Below, piece after piece: positions 29,278-38,389 of a stretch of DNA of 64,000 bases. Origin of the DNA: a virus; the IMG/VR virus record IMGVR_UViG_3300035105_000276, positions 1-64,000 of that record; one strand, written 5' to 3'. Both the position numbers and the translations under genes were made by a program. Position 1 is the first letter of the stretch. Each line of letters begins with the position of its first letter. The notes under the pieces were generated by a model, which saw only the letters and a list, made by a program, of their open reading frames with translations, was not told the origin of the DNA and did no database searches.

Positions 29278-32200
29278 ATTTCAAAGTCCTCCGCATCACT
29301 GCCGGGTATGGCATCTCCTGAGATTTTCTGTCGGGGCCTTCTGGGCCTGGATTCTCCCCCTCCTCCTTCATCTTGAATTTCCCGGGGTTCATCCGCCTGT
29401 CTTCCAGGTAATGGCTTCGGAGCTGACTGCTCCTTTTTCTTGGCATACTCATCCAGGTACTGTACCCCAGGGTCTGAATCCTCTGATTCTCCCATTACTC
29501 TATTGGGAAGCAGGTAAGACTCTTCCACCACGGTGTACCCGCTCTGGGAATGCACATCCCGCATGTTCAGTATCCGGCATATGTCCTTGTGCTGGGTTTC
29601 AGATATATTTAAAATCGCGGTGTCTGTCTTGTGCGCAGTTTCCCGCAGCATACTTACCTCCCAGCTGGCATACTTTGTTCTGGCCAGGGCCCCGAATTTG
29701 GCCTGACGCCAGGCGATAACAATAACCCCCATCTGCGGTATGGAGAACACACCTGAACCTGAATTGTTCAATATGGTGTACTCCCTGTTGGATATCAGAT
29801 GATGTGCACTGACATCGGTCACAATGCTTTCCCCGTTTAAAGATGTGCGAATGCACTGGGTATAAAGGCAGGTTGTGATCAGATCATTCTGAGGGTCATT
29901 GCTGTGTATGGCTTCAAGTTTGTTCCTGTCGTACCGCACCATGGAGGCATACAGGTTTGAAGCGTCTCCGCCCAATAGCTTATACACTGCCAAGGGTGTC
30001 ACCACATTATCCAGAAACCGATTGGACACCATAGCTTCCGCTCTGCCCACCCGTTGCAGGTCAATACGCAAATCTCTGCGTATCTGCATCAGTTCAGGTA
30101 TTCTGGGCAGCAGCCCTGTGGTAATCTGTTTGCGCAAAGCCCATATCTTTTTCATTGAAAAGTGCTGTTCAATATACTCTTCAATCGGGACATGGTTCAT
30201 TTGCCGCTTGGTTCTGACTTCAATGGTTCTGGTTAAAAACACGGGGTCTGAAGGCGGATGAATCGCTGCCATCAGCATGGGCCATCGCAGAAAGTATTTT
30301 ACCTTCTCCTCTTTTGTCCTGCCGCCCCGGCGTACCACTACCCCCCCATGGGGCATGGAGTGTACCAGCCTTCTAAGGCCGGACAGTACATCATCGTACA
30401 ATGTGTTGTACCGGTCACCATGCTCGGCTTCATCAAATACCACCAGGTGGCTTTTACCTTCTGTGGCCTGGTAAATGGCCGGCAATGTGGCATTGTCAAT
30501 CTGGAATACAGACTCCAGAATATACGGGCACACATTTCTTTTTGCACCGGATCCTCCCAGCAACCCTGCCGAGAATGTGGTTTTACCGGACACTTTTTCC
30601 CCGGTAAGCAGCGTGATATTAATATCAGACACAGCCCGCATTACAGGCAGGCTCATGATATACGCCGCAAGGTACTCCGCTGTGATGTCGTGGTTATCAA
30701 ATACCCAGCCATCCAGCATTTTTCGTATATCTTTGAAAACATCATTCAAGTTTATGGAGTGAGCATCATATAAATCCGTGGTGTCCTGAATACTGCTCCA
30801 GGTTTCGTTTCTGTTTAAATCTTCAAACAGCACCGTTCTGTCCACAGCATTGCGCACCTGAGACCACTCCAGGTCTCCGCCGTCCTGGGTAAACTGCCCT
30901 CTGTAAATAGAAGGCCCATTCACAAAGTACATCAGATTATCCTGGCGCATCTCGTTTGGCAGGTCCCTGTGGTGAATCCCCTGGGATAATAATGTTAAAT
31001 TGCTGAAACTGGGCATTTTAGACGCTCTCTGGTTAAAGGCTTTCTTTGTGATGTAAAGGGCATTGGCCTGCTTTGTACGTGAGGCTTTCATACCCAGGTC
31101 TTTCTCGTCTATCCCTTCACAGTACACCGGGTTATGCCCCAGCATAGAATCAAACCATTGTTCAATCTCCTGATCGGTGAACAAAGCTATCGTTTTCATC
31201 AAAGGCTGGTCTGCTACAGGTACCTCCACCAGCTCTTCGTTCTTTTTAGACCAGACGTATATTGCCTGATCCCCTGCTTTTTTAACATAATAGGCCATGC
31301 TGAAATACTCATCCATGTTCTGAATCACACGCTCTACCACGCCCTGCATAGTATCCAAGGCGTACATCGATGAATGCACACTATCCATTATGGAAATGTC
31401 CACTCCCCGGGAGGCTGCATAACTCCTGACATACTCCTGCTTGTCCCTGGGGGCATGCACCAGCTGAAACCCTTTTAAAATGTGCTGCTCCACGTTGGCT
31501 TTGTGGGTGTCTTCGATGTTGCTCACCTCGGTGGCCCGCTCTTCTCCGGAGGATTCCAGCAGGGTAATTTTCCGTTCCTTTTTCTGGTCCAGAATCTCCA
31601 ACCGGTTGTCCACCTTCTTTTTTACCCAGGCCACTGAGTTTAAAAAATGCGAGTTCCTGTCATTGTATAAAATGTCCCGCACAACCTGGTACCCGTGTTT
31701 TTTCACAGCATCGTCCAGATCCTCTGCGGTCAAACTCATTGGCCACTGGAATACTCTGAACTGAAGTGGGGTCACCCCAGCAGAACTGACAAAGTTGTTC
31801 TTTGTATTCAGCACGGACTCCACCCACTTGTCTCCCTGCTTCATGGGGTGATCCCCCACCAGCCATATGTTCCTGATGCCGTACTCTCTTAAAAACTGGA
31901 TATCAACGGACCCCTTTCCCCCGGTGCCGAATACCATGAAATCCAATTCACCGGACTCGTACTGAGCTGCCATGGGGGACAGAACATCAAATTCTCCTTC
32001 CGTTATATACGCATTGGTGTCTTTCTTACCGATTAAAGCCTGGTAATTGAACATGCCGAACACACCCATGTTAGAGGTGTATGGGTCTTCCACATACTGG
32101 GTTTCATTTTTGGAAAACAATAACGCCCGTTTCTCCAAAGGCAGATTCAGAAAAGCCTCCGGAGTTTTCACCTGGTCAAGCACCTGCTGGTTCATGTGTC

Positions 32201-32942
32201 GAATTTTGAACCGGGAGATGGACCCTGGAGAATCGTTATAGTAGTAACAAAGACTCCCATACGTGGAAGGGTGAATAATCTTTGCGAAATACTCTTCGTA
32301 CAGGGCCTGCAGGTTCTGGGGAATGTAATGCTTCATGTGAATCGGTTTTACCCATACCCCTACCGGCAGCAGATGAATTACGCTTTTAGGCAGCTTGCGC
32401 ACATTAAGCAGATAGTCCACCGCGGGTTCGCAGTATTTCAGATAATCCGCAGAGCTGTTATTCGCCAGGGTGTACATAATCTTTGACATTCCCACAGCCA
32501 CTGCTTTTTTCATTTCCTGGGTTCGATTGTACAGGGTGTAGTCCTCCACAGACGTGGACAGGGCATCTCCCATATTGAACCGGTTGTATATGAACATCAG
32601 TGCTTGAACATACGAGCTATTTTTCAGGCGGGCCACCAGGCTGGTGATATCCACCACTACTTTTTCACACCCGCCGCCAAAGCATTTGCCCATGCATTTG
32701 TCAAAACTTAAAACAAAGCTGGGGGTTTTATCATCATGGTACGGGCACTTACCCGTAATAGTAGTCTGCCCCTTTAATTGCCATTTGTTCGAGGGTGCAA
32801 TCTCAGTCAACAAAGCCAGCCAGTCCTGTGGGGGCCTGATGGTCCAGGTCTTTTTTATCGTGCCGGCATTGATTATATGTTCTTTCGCAGGGGCGTACTT
32901 TGAGTGGGGTGCACCGGTTTTCTTGTTCTCAGTTTGTGCCAT
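29274..32942 (-). CDS. Primase-helicase (CHC2 Zn finger, TOPRIM, P-loop)
   Basis: 'CPYHDDKTPSF...CFGGGC', 'YITEGEFDVL', 'LTGEKVSGKTT', 'VVFDEAE'. Confidence 0.88.
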   Translation of the reverse strand: MAQTENKKTGAPHSKYAPAKEHIINAGTIKKTWTIRPPQDWLALLTEIAPSNKWQLKGQTTITGKCPYHDDKTPSFVLSFDKCMGKCFGGGCEKVVVDITSLVARLKNSSYVQALMFIYNRFNMGDALSTSVEDYTLYNRTQEMKKAVAVGMSKIMYTLANNSSADYLKYCEPAVDYLLNVRKLPKSVIHLLPVGVWVKPIHMKHYIPQNLQALYEEYFAKIIHPSTYGSLCYYYNDSPGSISRFKIRHMNQQVLDQVKTPEAFLNLPLEKRALLFSKNETQYVEDPYTSNMGVFGMFNYQALIGKKDTNAYITEGEFDVLSPMAAQYESGELDFMVFGTGGKGSVDIQFLREYGIRNIWLVGDHPMKQGDKWVESVLNTKNNFVSSAGVTPLQFRVFQWPMSLTAEDLDDAVKKHGYQVVRDILYNDRNSHFLNSVAWVKKKVDNRLEILDQKKERKITLLESSGEERATEVSNIEDTHKANVEQHILKGFQLVHAPRDKQEYVRSYAASRGVDISIMDSVHSSMYALDTMQGVVERVIQNMDEYFSMAYYVKKAGDQAIYVWSKKNEELVEVPVADQPLMKTIALFTDQEIEQWFDSMLGHNPVYCEGIDEKDLGMKASRTKQANALYITKKAFNQRASKMPSFSNLTLLSQGIHHRDLPNEMRQDNLMYFVNGPSIYRGQFTQDGGDLEWSQVRNAVDRTVLFEDLNRNETWSSIQDTTDLYDAHSINLNDVFKDIRKMLDGWVFDNHDITAEYLAAYIMSLPVMRAVSDINITLLTGEKVSGKTTFSAGLLGGSGAKRNVCPYILESVFQIDNATLPAIYQATEGKSHLVVFDEAEHGDRYNTLYDDVLSGLRRLVHSMPHGGVVVRRGGRTKEEKVKYFLRWPMLMAAIHPPSDPVFLTRTIEVRTKRQMNHVPIEEYIEQHFSMKKIWALRKQITTGLLPRIPELMQIRRDLRIDLQRVGRAEAMVSNRFLDNVVTPLAVYKLLGGDASNLYASMVRYDRNKLEAIHSNDPQNDLITTCLYTQCIRTSLNGESIVTDVSAHHLISNREYTILNNSGSGVFSIPQMGVIVIAWRQAKFGALARTKYASWEVSMLRETAHKTDTAILNISETQHKDICRILNMRDVHSQSGYTVVEESYLLPNRVMGESEDSDPGVQYLDEYAKKKEQSAPKPLPGRQADEPREIQDEGGGGESRPRRPRQKISGDAIPGSDAEDFEI

Positions 32943-32954
32943 AAAATGCCCCTA

Positions 32955-33770
32955 TTATTTTTGTTTTTTATTTCTGGATCTCTTCTTTTTCTTTGGACAC
33001 TCCAGCACCTGACACCAGGTGCAGGCATCCACCTTTCTGGATGGTATTGGGAAAATTCCCGTCTCACTTTCTGATAAATCGTGCATTGCCCGGGCCGCTG
33101 CCATAAACCTTTTCTTCCAGTACTTTTCCAACCGGGGGAAATCCGTATCCCGGTGCAGCACTTTGTTAAACTCGATTATGCCGCCCATAAGGTAGGAGCA
33201 CCCGGTTTTCAATTGAGCCAGTTCCGGGTAAGCGGCAAACAGCACCATGGCATAGAAGTTCAGTTGATGCTTCACCTTTGCAGCGTTCTTCTTGGTCTTG
33301 CTTTGAATTTTGTGGTCGATCAATATGCCACCCAAAGGGGTGTTTTTTTCCATGAACAGCACCAGGTCCAGCACTACAATCAATGGGCCCAGATCAATTT
33401 TCAGCTCGGTTCTGGGGGTTGCCTGCCAGCAGACTATGGCTGTATTCAAGCGCTGTGCCATATCTTCAGCCTGGTACTTCAAAGAGTTCACCACCCGTAC
33501 TTCCTCAAAAGTCATGTTCTGGGCTTTGAGTTCTTCTGACCAGACTTTTTGAAACTGTGCAGGATCTGTCACCGTTTTTTCCATCACAGTGTGTACAAAT
33601 ATTCCTGCTTTGGCCAGCACGGAGTGAAACTTCCCAGAGTTATCCGCTTTGAATCCTGACACCTGCTTGTTCAAATATGTGGACTGGAACAACCGAGGAC
33701 ATGCTTCTGCTACCATCAATTTACTGAACGACCACTTACCTTTACCCGGTAAATCCCAGGATATTTCCAT
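32955..33770 (-). CDS. PD-(D/E)XK (RecB/Cas4-like) exonuclease
   Basis: 'WSFSKL...CPR', 'GIFVH', 'LDLV...IDHK', 'QLNFY', 'CTWC'. Confidence 0.85.
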   Translation of the reverse strand: MEISWDLPGKGKWSFSKLMVAEACPRLFQSTYLNKQVSGFKADNSGKFHSVLAKAGIFVHTVMEKTVTDPAQFQKVWSEELKAQNMTFEEVRVVNSLKYQAEDMAQRLNTAIVCWQATPRTELKIDLGPLIVVLDLVLFMEKNTPLGGILIDHKIQSKTKKNAAKVKHQLNFYAMVLFAAYPELAQLKTGCSYLMGGIIEFNKVLHRDTDFPRLEKYWKKRFMAAARAMHDLSESETGIFPIPSRKVDACTWCQVLECPKKKKRSRNKKQK

Positions 33771-33842
33771 GAAATACTCCTCCTATAAAAATGCAGAAAC
33801 CCGTACCCCTGTATATAAAGGTACGGGTTCGTGCTAAAAAAA

Positions 33843-34541
33843 TTATTTGTTGAGCCACTTTTTGGCTGTGAACACCAGATCAGGGCTGTGCACCTTCTCC
33901 TTGATAACCCATTTCAGGTAAGATTTGGGCACCAGGTCGAATGTTTTACCTTTATGCACTCCCATGGGCACCACATTCAGTTCAAACGGGTTCACAGACA
34001 GATGCATGAACTGATTCAACGCATCCTCGTAAGACCAGTCTGTTTTATGGGAAAGTATCACATTAACCAGTTTGTCAAACACAGCCTCCAGCACCAGAAT
34101 ATCGCCCATGGCATCATGAGCAGGGGCTTCCACCCCTACATCAAAGTAATACCGCAGGAACTGCAGGCTGTGGGACTCCAGTTTCGCACTCCGGTCAATC
34201 CACAGAATCACCCTTCGGGTACAGATGTGCCTGGGCACGGAAATGCCCTCTTTTTCCAGCATATCAATATCGAATTTGGCGTTGTGTGCCACCAGAATGG
34301 TGTCCGGGCCCAGCAGCTTCTGCTGCAACTCTTGTGCTATGGAACTGCCTTTGAAAACAGGGGCATGCTCCACTTTGGATGCCGTGATATGGTGTACTGC
34401 CATGGCGCCCACCTGAATAGGCACTTCCGGTTTAAACAGTGCTGTCACACCCGGGTCATCCTTTGTTTTAAACGCCACCTGTAAAAGCCGGTCTTTTAAG
34501 CTTATACCGGTGGTTTCCGTATCGAGAAATAGTAATTCGAT
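33843..34541 (-). CDS. DEDDh 3'-5' exonuclease (ExoX/DnaQ-like), apparent ATC start
   Basis: ExoI 'FLDTETTG' lies upstream of the GTG used by the ORF track; 'VAHNAKFD', 'AHDAMGD', C-terminal 'GVHKGK..VPKSYLKW'. Confidence 0.88.
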   Translation of the reverse strand: MELLFLDTETTGISLKDRLLQVAFKTKDDPGVTALFKPEVPIQVGAMAVHHITASKVEHAPVFKGSSIAQELQQKLLGPDTILVAHNAKFDIDMLEKEGISVPRHICTRRVILWIDRSAKLESHSLQFLRYYFDVGVEAPAHDAMGDILVLEAVFDKLVNVILSHKTDWSYEDALNQFMHLSVNPFELNVVPMGVHKGKTFDLVPKSYLKWVIKEKVHSPDLVFTAKKWLNK

Positions 34542-34611
34542 GGTTGGACCTCCTTTTTTGATTTATCCGGCCCCGCAGATAAAGAATGGGGGCCGGATGT
34601 TGAAAGGTTAA

Positions 34612-35592
34612 TTACACATCAAAGTTTTCGATGGAGTCTTCTGCACTCTCTTTCATGAGAGCTTCCTCCTCGTCCGCAGTGACCGGGGCCTGGGTGGTTT
34701 TGTCAGAATTTTCAGGGGTCACATCAATAGCATCGGTGTAATCCAGCTCACCCAGCTCAGGCTTGGGCGGTTCTTTGGACAGATCCGGCAGGGAATTTGC
34801 CTGGTGCCAAGCAATAACTGGCAGAAACTTTTTCAAGTCCAGAGACTCGTCCTTGACAAAGGTGAACACCATCTGCCAGTAAGTACCCTGATCTCTCTGG
34901 GTCACTTGTACATAATAGGAGCTGGGATCCATCCCCGTTGTCAGCACCCGGTGCACCAGCGTCGGAGTAGTACGCCGCCAGGCATTGAACGTCTCATGCT
35001 GCATCCCTTTAATAGGGATTAGGATCGGCGCTTTCCGGTCAATATCAAAGAATGCATGCAGCACTGTTTCCGTGCATTCAGGGGGTACAGGCACTTTTCT
35101 GTCTCCTTTGACTTCGGTCCCCCATATGCTTTTCGGGCACAGGGATGCCGGCCGGCCGTCCTTCCACACGGTGCATTTTTCAGCTACCGGATTTTCCAGC
35201 TCCGGGCTGGGCCACACACCGTCCCGTGATTTGCATAGCGGCTGATTTTCCCCGGTACCAAACTCAGGCATCAGTGCCCGTTTGTACCCCATGTGGCCGA
35301 TATACAGAAGCCGCAACTTCTCAGAAAACATATAGGCCATGTCTTCTTCAGACACTTCCTGGGTTTCATCTTCCCGGTTGTCGAATGCCCGGAAAAAGAA
35401 CTGGCCCGTTCTGCCCTTGAACTTTTTGTTTTCTTTCACGCTGCCGGGCTGAATGAAATACACCCAGTACGGGATGTTTTCGTACAGCGGAATTTTGTAA
35501 TCGTCCACGGGCATCACTTTCATGTCACCCAGCTCCATGACCTCAAGATCCTTGATGTCACCCTCGTACCGCATAAGCTCTAAGCTACTCAT
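34612..35592 (-). CDS. Putative ssDNA-binding/annealing protein
   Basis: First gene of the replication operon; Cys cluster (CKSRDG..C..CP..WG..C); acidic tail ending ENFDV. Confidence 0.5.
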   Translation of the reverse strand: MSSLELMRYEGDIKDLEVMELGDMKVMPVDDYKIPLYENIPYWVYFIQPGSVKENKKFKGRTGQFFFRAFDNREDETQEVSEEDMAYMFSEKLRLLYIGHMGYKRALMPEFGTGENQPLCKSRDGVWPSPELENPVAEKCTVWKDGRPASLCPKSIWGTEVKGDRKVPVPPECTETVLHAFFDIDRKAPILIPIKGMQHETFNAWRRTTPTLVHRVLTTGMDPSSYYVQVTQRDQGTYWQMVFTFVKDESLDLKKFLPVIAWHQANSLPDLSKEPPKPELGELDYTDAIDVTPENSDKTTQAPVTADEEEALMKESAEDSIENFDV

Positions 35593-35722
35593 ACTTTCTC
35601 CTTTAAAATAAAAATTACGGGGCACAACAGCTGTTCCCCTGGCGTTAAATTGACCTGCTCTATAATCCCGCCGCACCGGTTTACCGAATAATGGGCGGAA
35701 TCATTTAAAAGTTAATAGATGC

Positions 35723-35799
35723 GAATATTCAAAATTGAATATTTTTTGAATATTTTTGTATTTTGCTTGACTAGGCTGTATCTACGGAGTATATAAAAT
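35723..35799 (+). promoter_or_regulatory. Sigma70-type promoter with GAATATT operator-like repeats; leaderless transcript for the XRE gene
   Basis: TTGACT(35767)-17 nt-TATATA, ATG at 35802, no SD; GAATATT occurs three times upstream, including the palindrome gaatattc. Confidence 0.55.
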
Positions 35800-35801
35800 T
35801 T

Positions 35802-36206
35802 ATGAATCTGGGTTCAAAAATAAAACAGCTTCGTAAAGCGGCTAAACTCACCCAGGCTGAGCTGGGGTCCAGGGCTTTTAGTATCCCTGAATCTACGGCC
35901 CAAACCCGGGTTAACCGCATAGAGCATGGGGTACGCGACATATCCAGGGACGAGCTGCAGCAGATAGCCAGAGTGCTTGGAGTTGATATTGAAAACTTCA
36001 AAGGACTGACCCCTCATCATGAAACTTTGGATATTTTGCAGTCCGTCCAGATAATTGAAGATACGTACCCGGAACTCAAATCTCTTCGCCACATCCTCGC
36101 ATTTGCACTCTCAAAAAAAGACTCTTTCCTTGTGAACCATACCTGGGGCATGGTTAAACCCTATGCAGAATCCCAGATAAAAAAGCACAGTTCCAAGGGA
36201 GGATAA
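35802..36206 (+). CDS. XRE-family HTH transcriptional regulator
   Basis: 'LGSKIKQLRKAAKLTQAELG...VNRIEHG...LQQIARVLGV'. Confidence 0.9.
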   Translation: MNLGSKIKQLRKAAKLTQAELGSRAFSIPESTAQTRVNRIEHGVRDISRDELQQIARVLGVDIENFKGLTPHHETLDILQSVQIIEDTYPELKSLRHILAFALSKKDSFLVNHTWGMVKPYAESQIKKHSSKGG

Positions 36207-36266
36207 ATCTAATTTAATCGTAAGAAGAATCCCACAAAATCTTATAACAAAAACAAGGAGATTTTT

Positions 36267-37133
36267 ATGTCGTATGTGAGTAAGATGGACACCATAGAAT
36301 TTATGAACAGGCACCTGGAAGCCACAATGGGGGCCCGGGTACCCGATAAAAAACGAGCTCAGTTCCTACACACAATTCTGACTGAATTCCATACGAGTAC
36401 CTGTACTCAGGTACGAAAGCGTGAAATAGCATCCGATGTTATACGGGAAGTGTTTTTTTTATGCGTGCGCAATGCCGGGGGTAGGACATCGCCCTCAACT
36501 TCCATTGATGATATCCTTTCTCTGATGGTGAGCAATGTGATACAGGCCATTGAAAACTACGACCCGTCCATTGAAGCCAAGTTTTCATCGTTTTTAAGGG
36601 GATACCTTAAAAACGCGATATCCACTGCTTACAAAGATACATTCCTCATTCGGCACCCTTACAGATCCAGGATGGAAACCATTAAAAAGATTAAGGCTCT
36701 GCAAGACGGGGAAACAGAAAACCGGATGACCCCCAGGGAAAAGAAAGAGATGTTCGAAGAATTTGTACAGGCTCTGACCCCCGATGTATCATTTTTTGAA
36801 GATACTGAATGGGAACCCGGGTCTGTTGTAGACTCTGCTTTGCCCACCAACTGTGCGGAGCCTGTGGATGCAATGGAGCAGTTATTGTCCGGAGAAAAAC
36901 TTTATCTCCTGGGGCATGTACTGGCATATGACCACCCACTGTTATCCCCTAAAGAAAAACTGGTGATTAAGCATAGATACGGAGTATTCGGGCACGAAAA
37001 ATTGACCCTGGAGGAGGTGGCTGAAAGATTCCACTCTCTAGATTGGCGGGCAACAAAGGAATGGGTATTTCAATTGGAAAAGCGAGCTCTAGATAAAATC
37101 AGAGCCCACTTCCAACTTTACGCTCTGGAATAG
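36267..37133 (+). CDS. Second sigma-70-family sigma factor
   Basis: 'AIENYDPSIEAKFSSF'; region 4 'LSPKEKLVIKHRYG...LTLEEVA...QLEKRALDKIR'. Confidence 0.85.
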   Translation: MSYVSKMDTIEFMNRHLEATMGARVPDKKRAQFLHTILTEFHTSTCTQVRKREIASDVIREVFFLCVRNAGGRTSPSTSIDDILSLMVSNVIQAIENYDPSIEAKFSSFLRGYLKNAISTAYKDTFLIRHPYRSRMETIKKIKALQDGETENRMTPREKKEMFEEFVQALTPDVSFFEDTEWEPGSVVDSALPTNCAEPVDAMEQLLSGEKLYLLGHVLAYDHPLLSPKEKLVIKHRYGVFGHEKLTLEEVAERFHSLDWRATKEWVFQLEKRALDKIRAHFQLYALE

Positions 37134-37141
37134 ACGGCCAT

Positions 37142-37474
37142 CTATTCAGAGCCTTCACCGGGTTGGGGCGATAAATCCTCATTCAACTTTCGCCTCAATC
37201 CGAGCAACATATCATACTGTAATTGATCCAGAAACAGCACCTTGCAATGAGGACACACCACTGCTGATATCTCAACGTCATGTTCAGGTATACGGGTAAC
37301 TGACTGAGGGGTCAGCATAAACCCCACAAAATCCGCTTCCACAATTTCAGAATTACAATTCGGGCATTTCAAGGGTGTTTTCACCAATTTGTCCATACAG
37401 GTATCATAGATATTTTTATCCGCTACCCTATTTGGTTTAGAGATAATTTCCCCACCACAAGAGTCACATTTCAT
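37142..37474 (-). CDS. Small Zn-finger protein
   Basis: CDSC, CPNC, CPHC. Confidence 0.6.
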   Translation of the reverse strand: MKCDSCGGEIISKPNRVADKNIYDTCMDKLVKTPLKCPNCNSEIVEADFVGFMLTPQSVTRIPEHDVEISAVVCPHCKVLFLDQLQYDMLLGLRRKLNEDLSPQPGEGSE

Positions 37475-37594
37475 TTTTTAAAAATCCCATCTTTTCACAG
37501 TGTGCATACCAATTTATTATTGTGCAGCCAGAGCCCAAAATTTTCCATAGCAACCAAAAGCACACTTACAAGCGGATCTATACCAGAAAGGGTG

Positions 37595-38389
37595 TCAATT
37601 GTCCACTGTATTTTGGATACTACCTGCACCACTGGCACTATCAGTGATGTTTTTTCTGATACTACTGATATCTCGACTGGCACTCTGCTGCTTAAAAACG
37701 TATAGTTTACCTACGGCATGTTCAAACTTCACATAATGTGAGTTTGTATCACCTCCTAAATATCTAGTCAAAGCAAATTTTAAAGAATCGCCAGAATTTT
37801 GGCGTTTTCCCTGGTCCCAATAATGCGATAAAATGTACGCACCCGCTCTCATATTAATCACAGGATCGTATAAGTCCTTCAATTTACCTGCAATTCCAGC
37901 CGCCGTAAGTCCATCTTTATTATCCTCGTCAGCCAACCACACAGCCGGATTTATCTGAAGTAGCCCAACACAATCCGATTCGGAAACAGCGGCATAGTTA
38001 AAAGTTGACTCTACGAATGCCAAGGCAATCAGGTACGCTGGCGGAATGCCGAATTCTTCTCCCGCATCAACAGCAGCCTGGGCGATCATGTAGGCCAGAT
38101 CCGGAAATACCCGATAGTTAGAAACCATCACGAATCCAGCCAGCTGGTGTATTTGGTCATTTTCCTGGTCCGTGCCTGCCTCTTCTGCACCAATTTCAGG
38201 CACAATAGGTTCTGCATGTGTCTGTACAGGTTTCCATCCTTCATTTGGGAATACCTTTTGCGTTACCTGGGTAGCAGCCCCAATAGTCATTACCAGCAAA
38301 GCCAACGCCCCAAACAACGCTATTCCCCATCTTGGTAAATCAAACAATTTTAATCGCCTCCTTTTTTTCCGCCGCCAGGCGGGTTTCAT
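37595..38389 (-). CDS. Membrane-anchored lytic transglycosylase (SLT domain)
   Basis: N-terminal basic stretch plus TM helix; 'VESTFNYAAVS..CVGLLQI', 'LYDPVINMRAGAYIL'. Confidence 0.88.
   Translation of the reverse strand: MKPAWRRKKRRRLKLFDLPRWGIALFGALALLVMTIGAATQVTQKVFPNEGWKPVQTHAEPIVPEIGAEEAGTDQENDQIHQLAGFVMVSNYRVFPDLAYMIAQAAVDAGEEFGIPPAYLIALAFVESTFNYAAVSESDCVGLLQINPAVWLADEDNKDGLTAAGIAGKLKDLYDPVINMRAGAYILSHYWDQGKRQNSGDSLKFALTRYLGGDTNSHYVKFEHAVGKLYVFKQQSASRDISSIRKNITDSASGAGSIQNTVDN

Noticed and set aside
32955-33770. Cas4 of a CRISPR-Cas locus
   Set aside because: There are no cas genes or array; it is a stand-alone PD-(D/E)XK nuclease in a replication operon.
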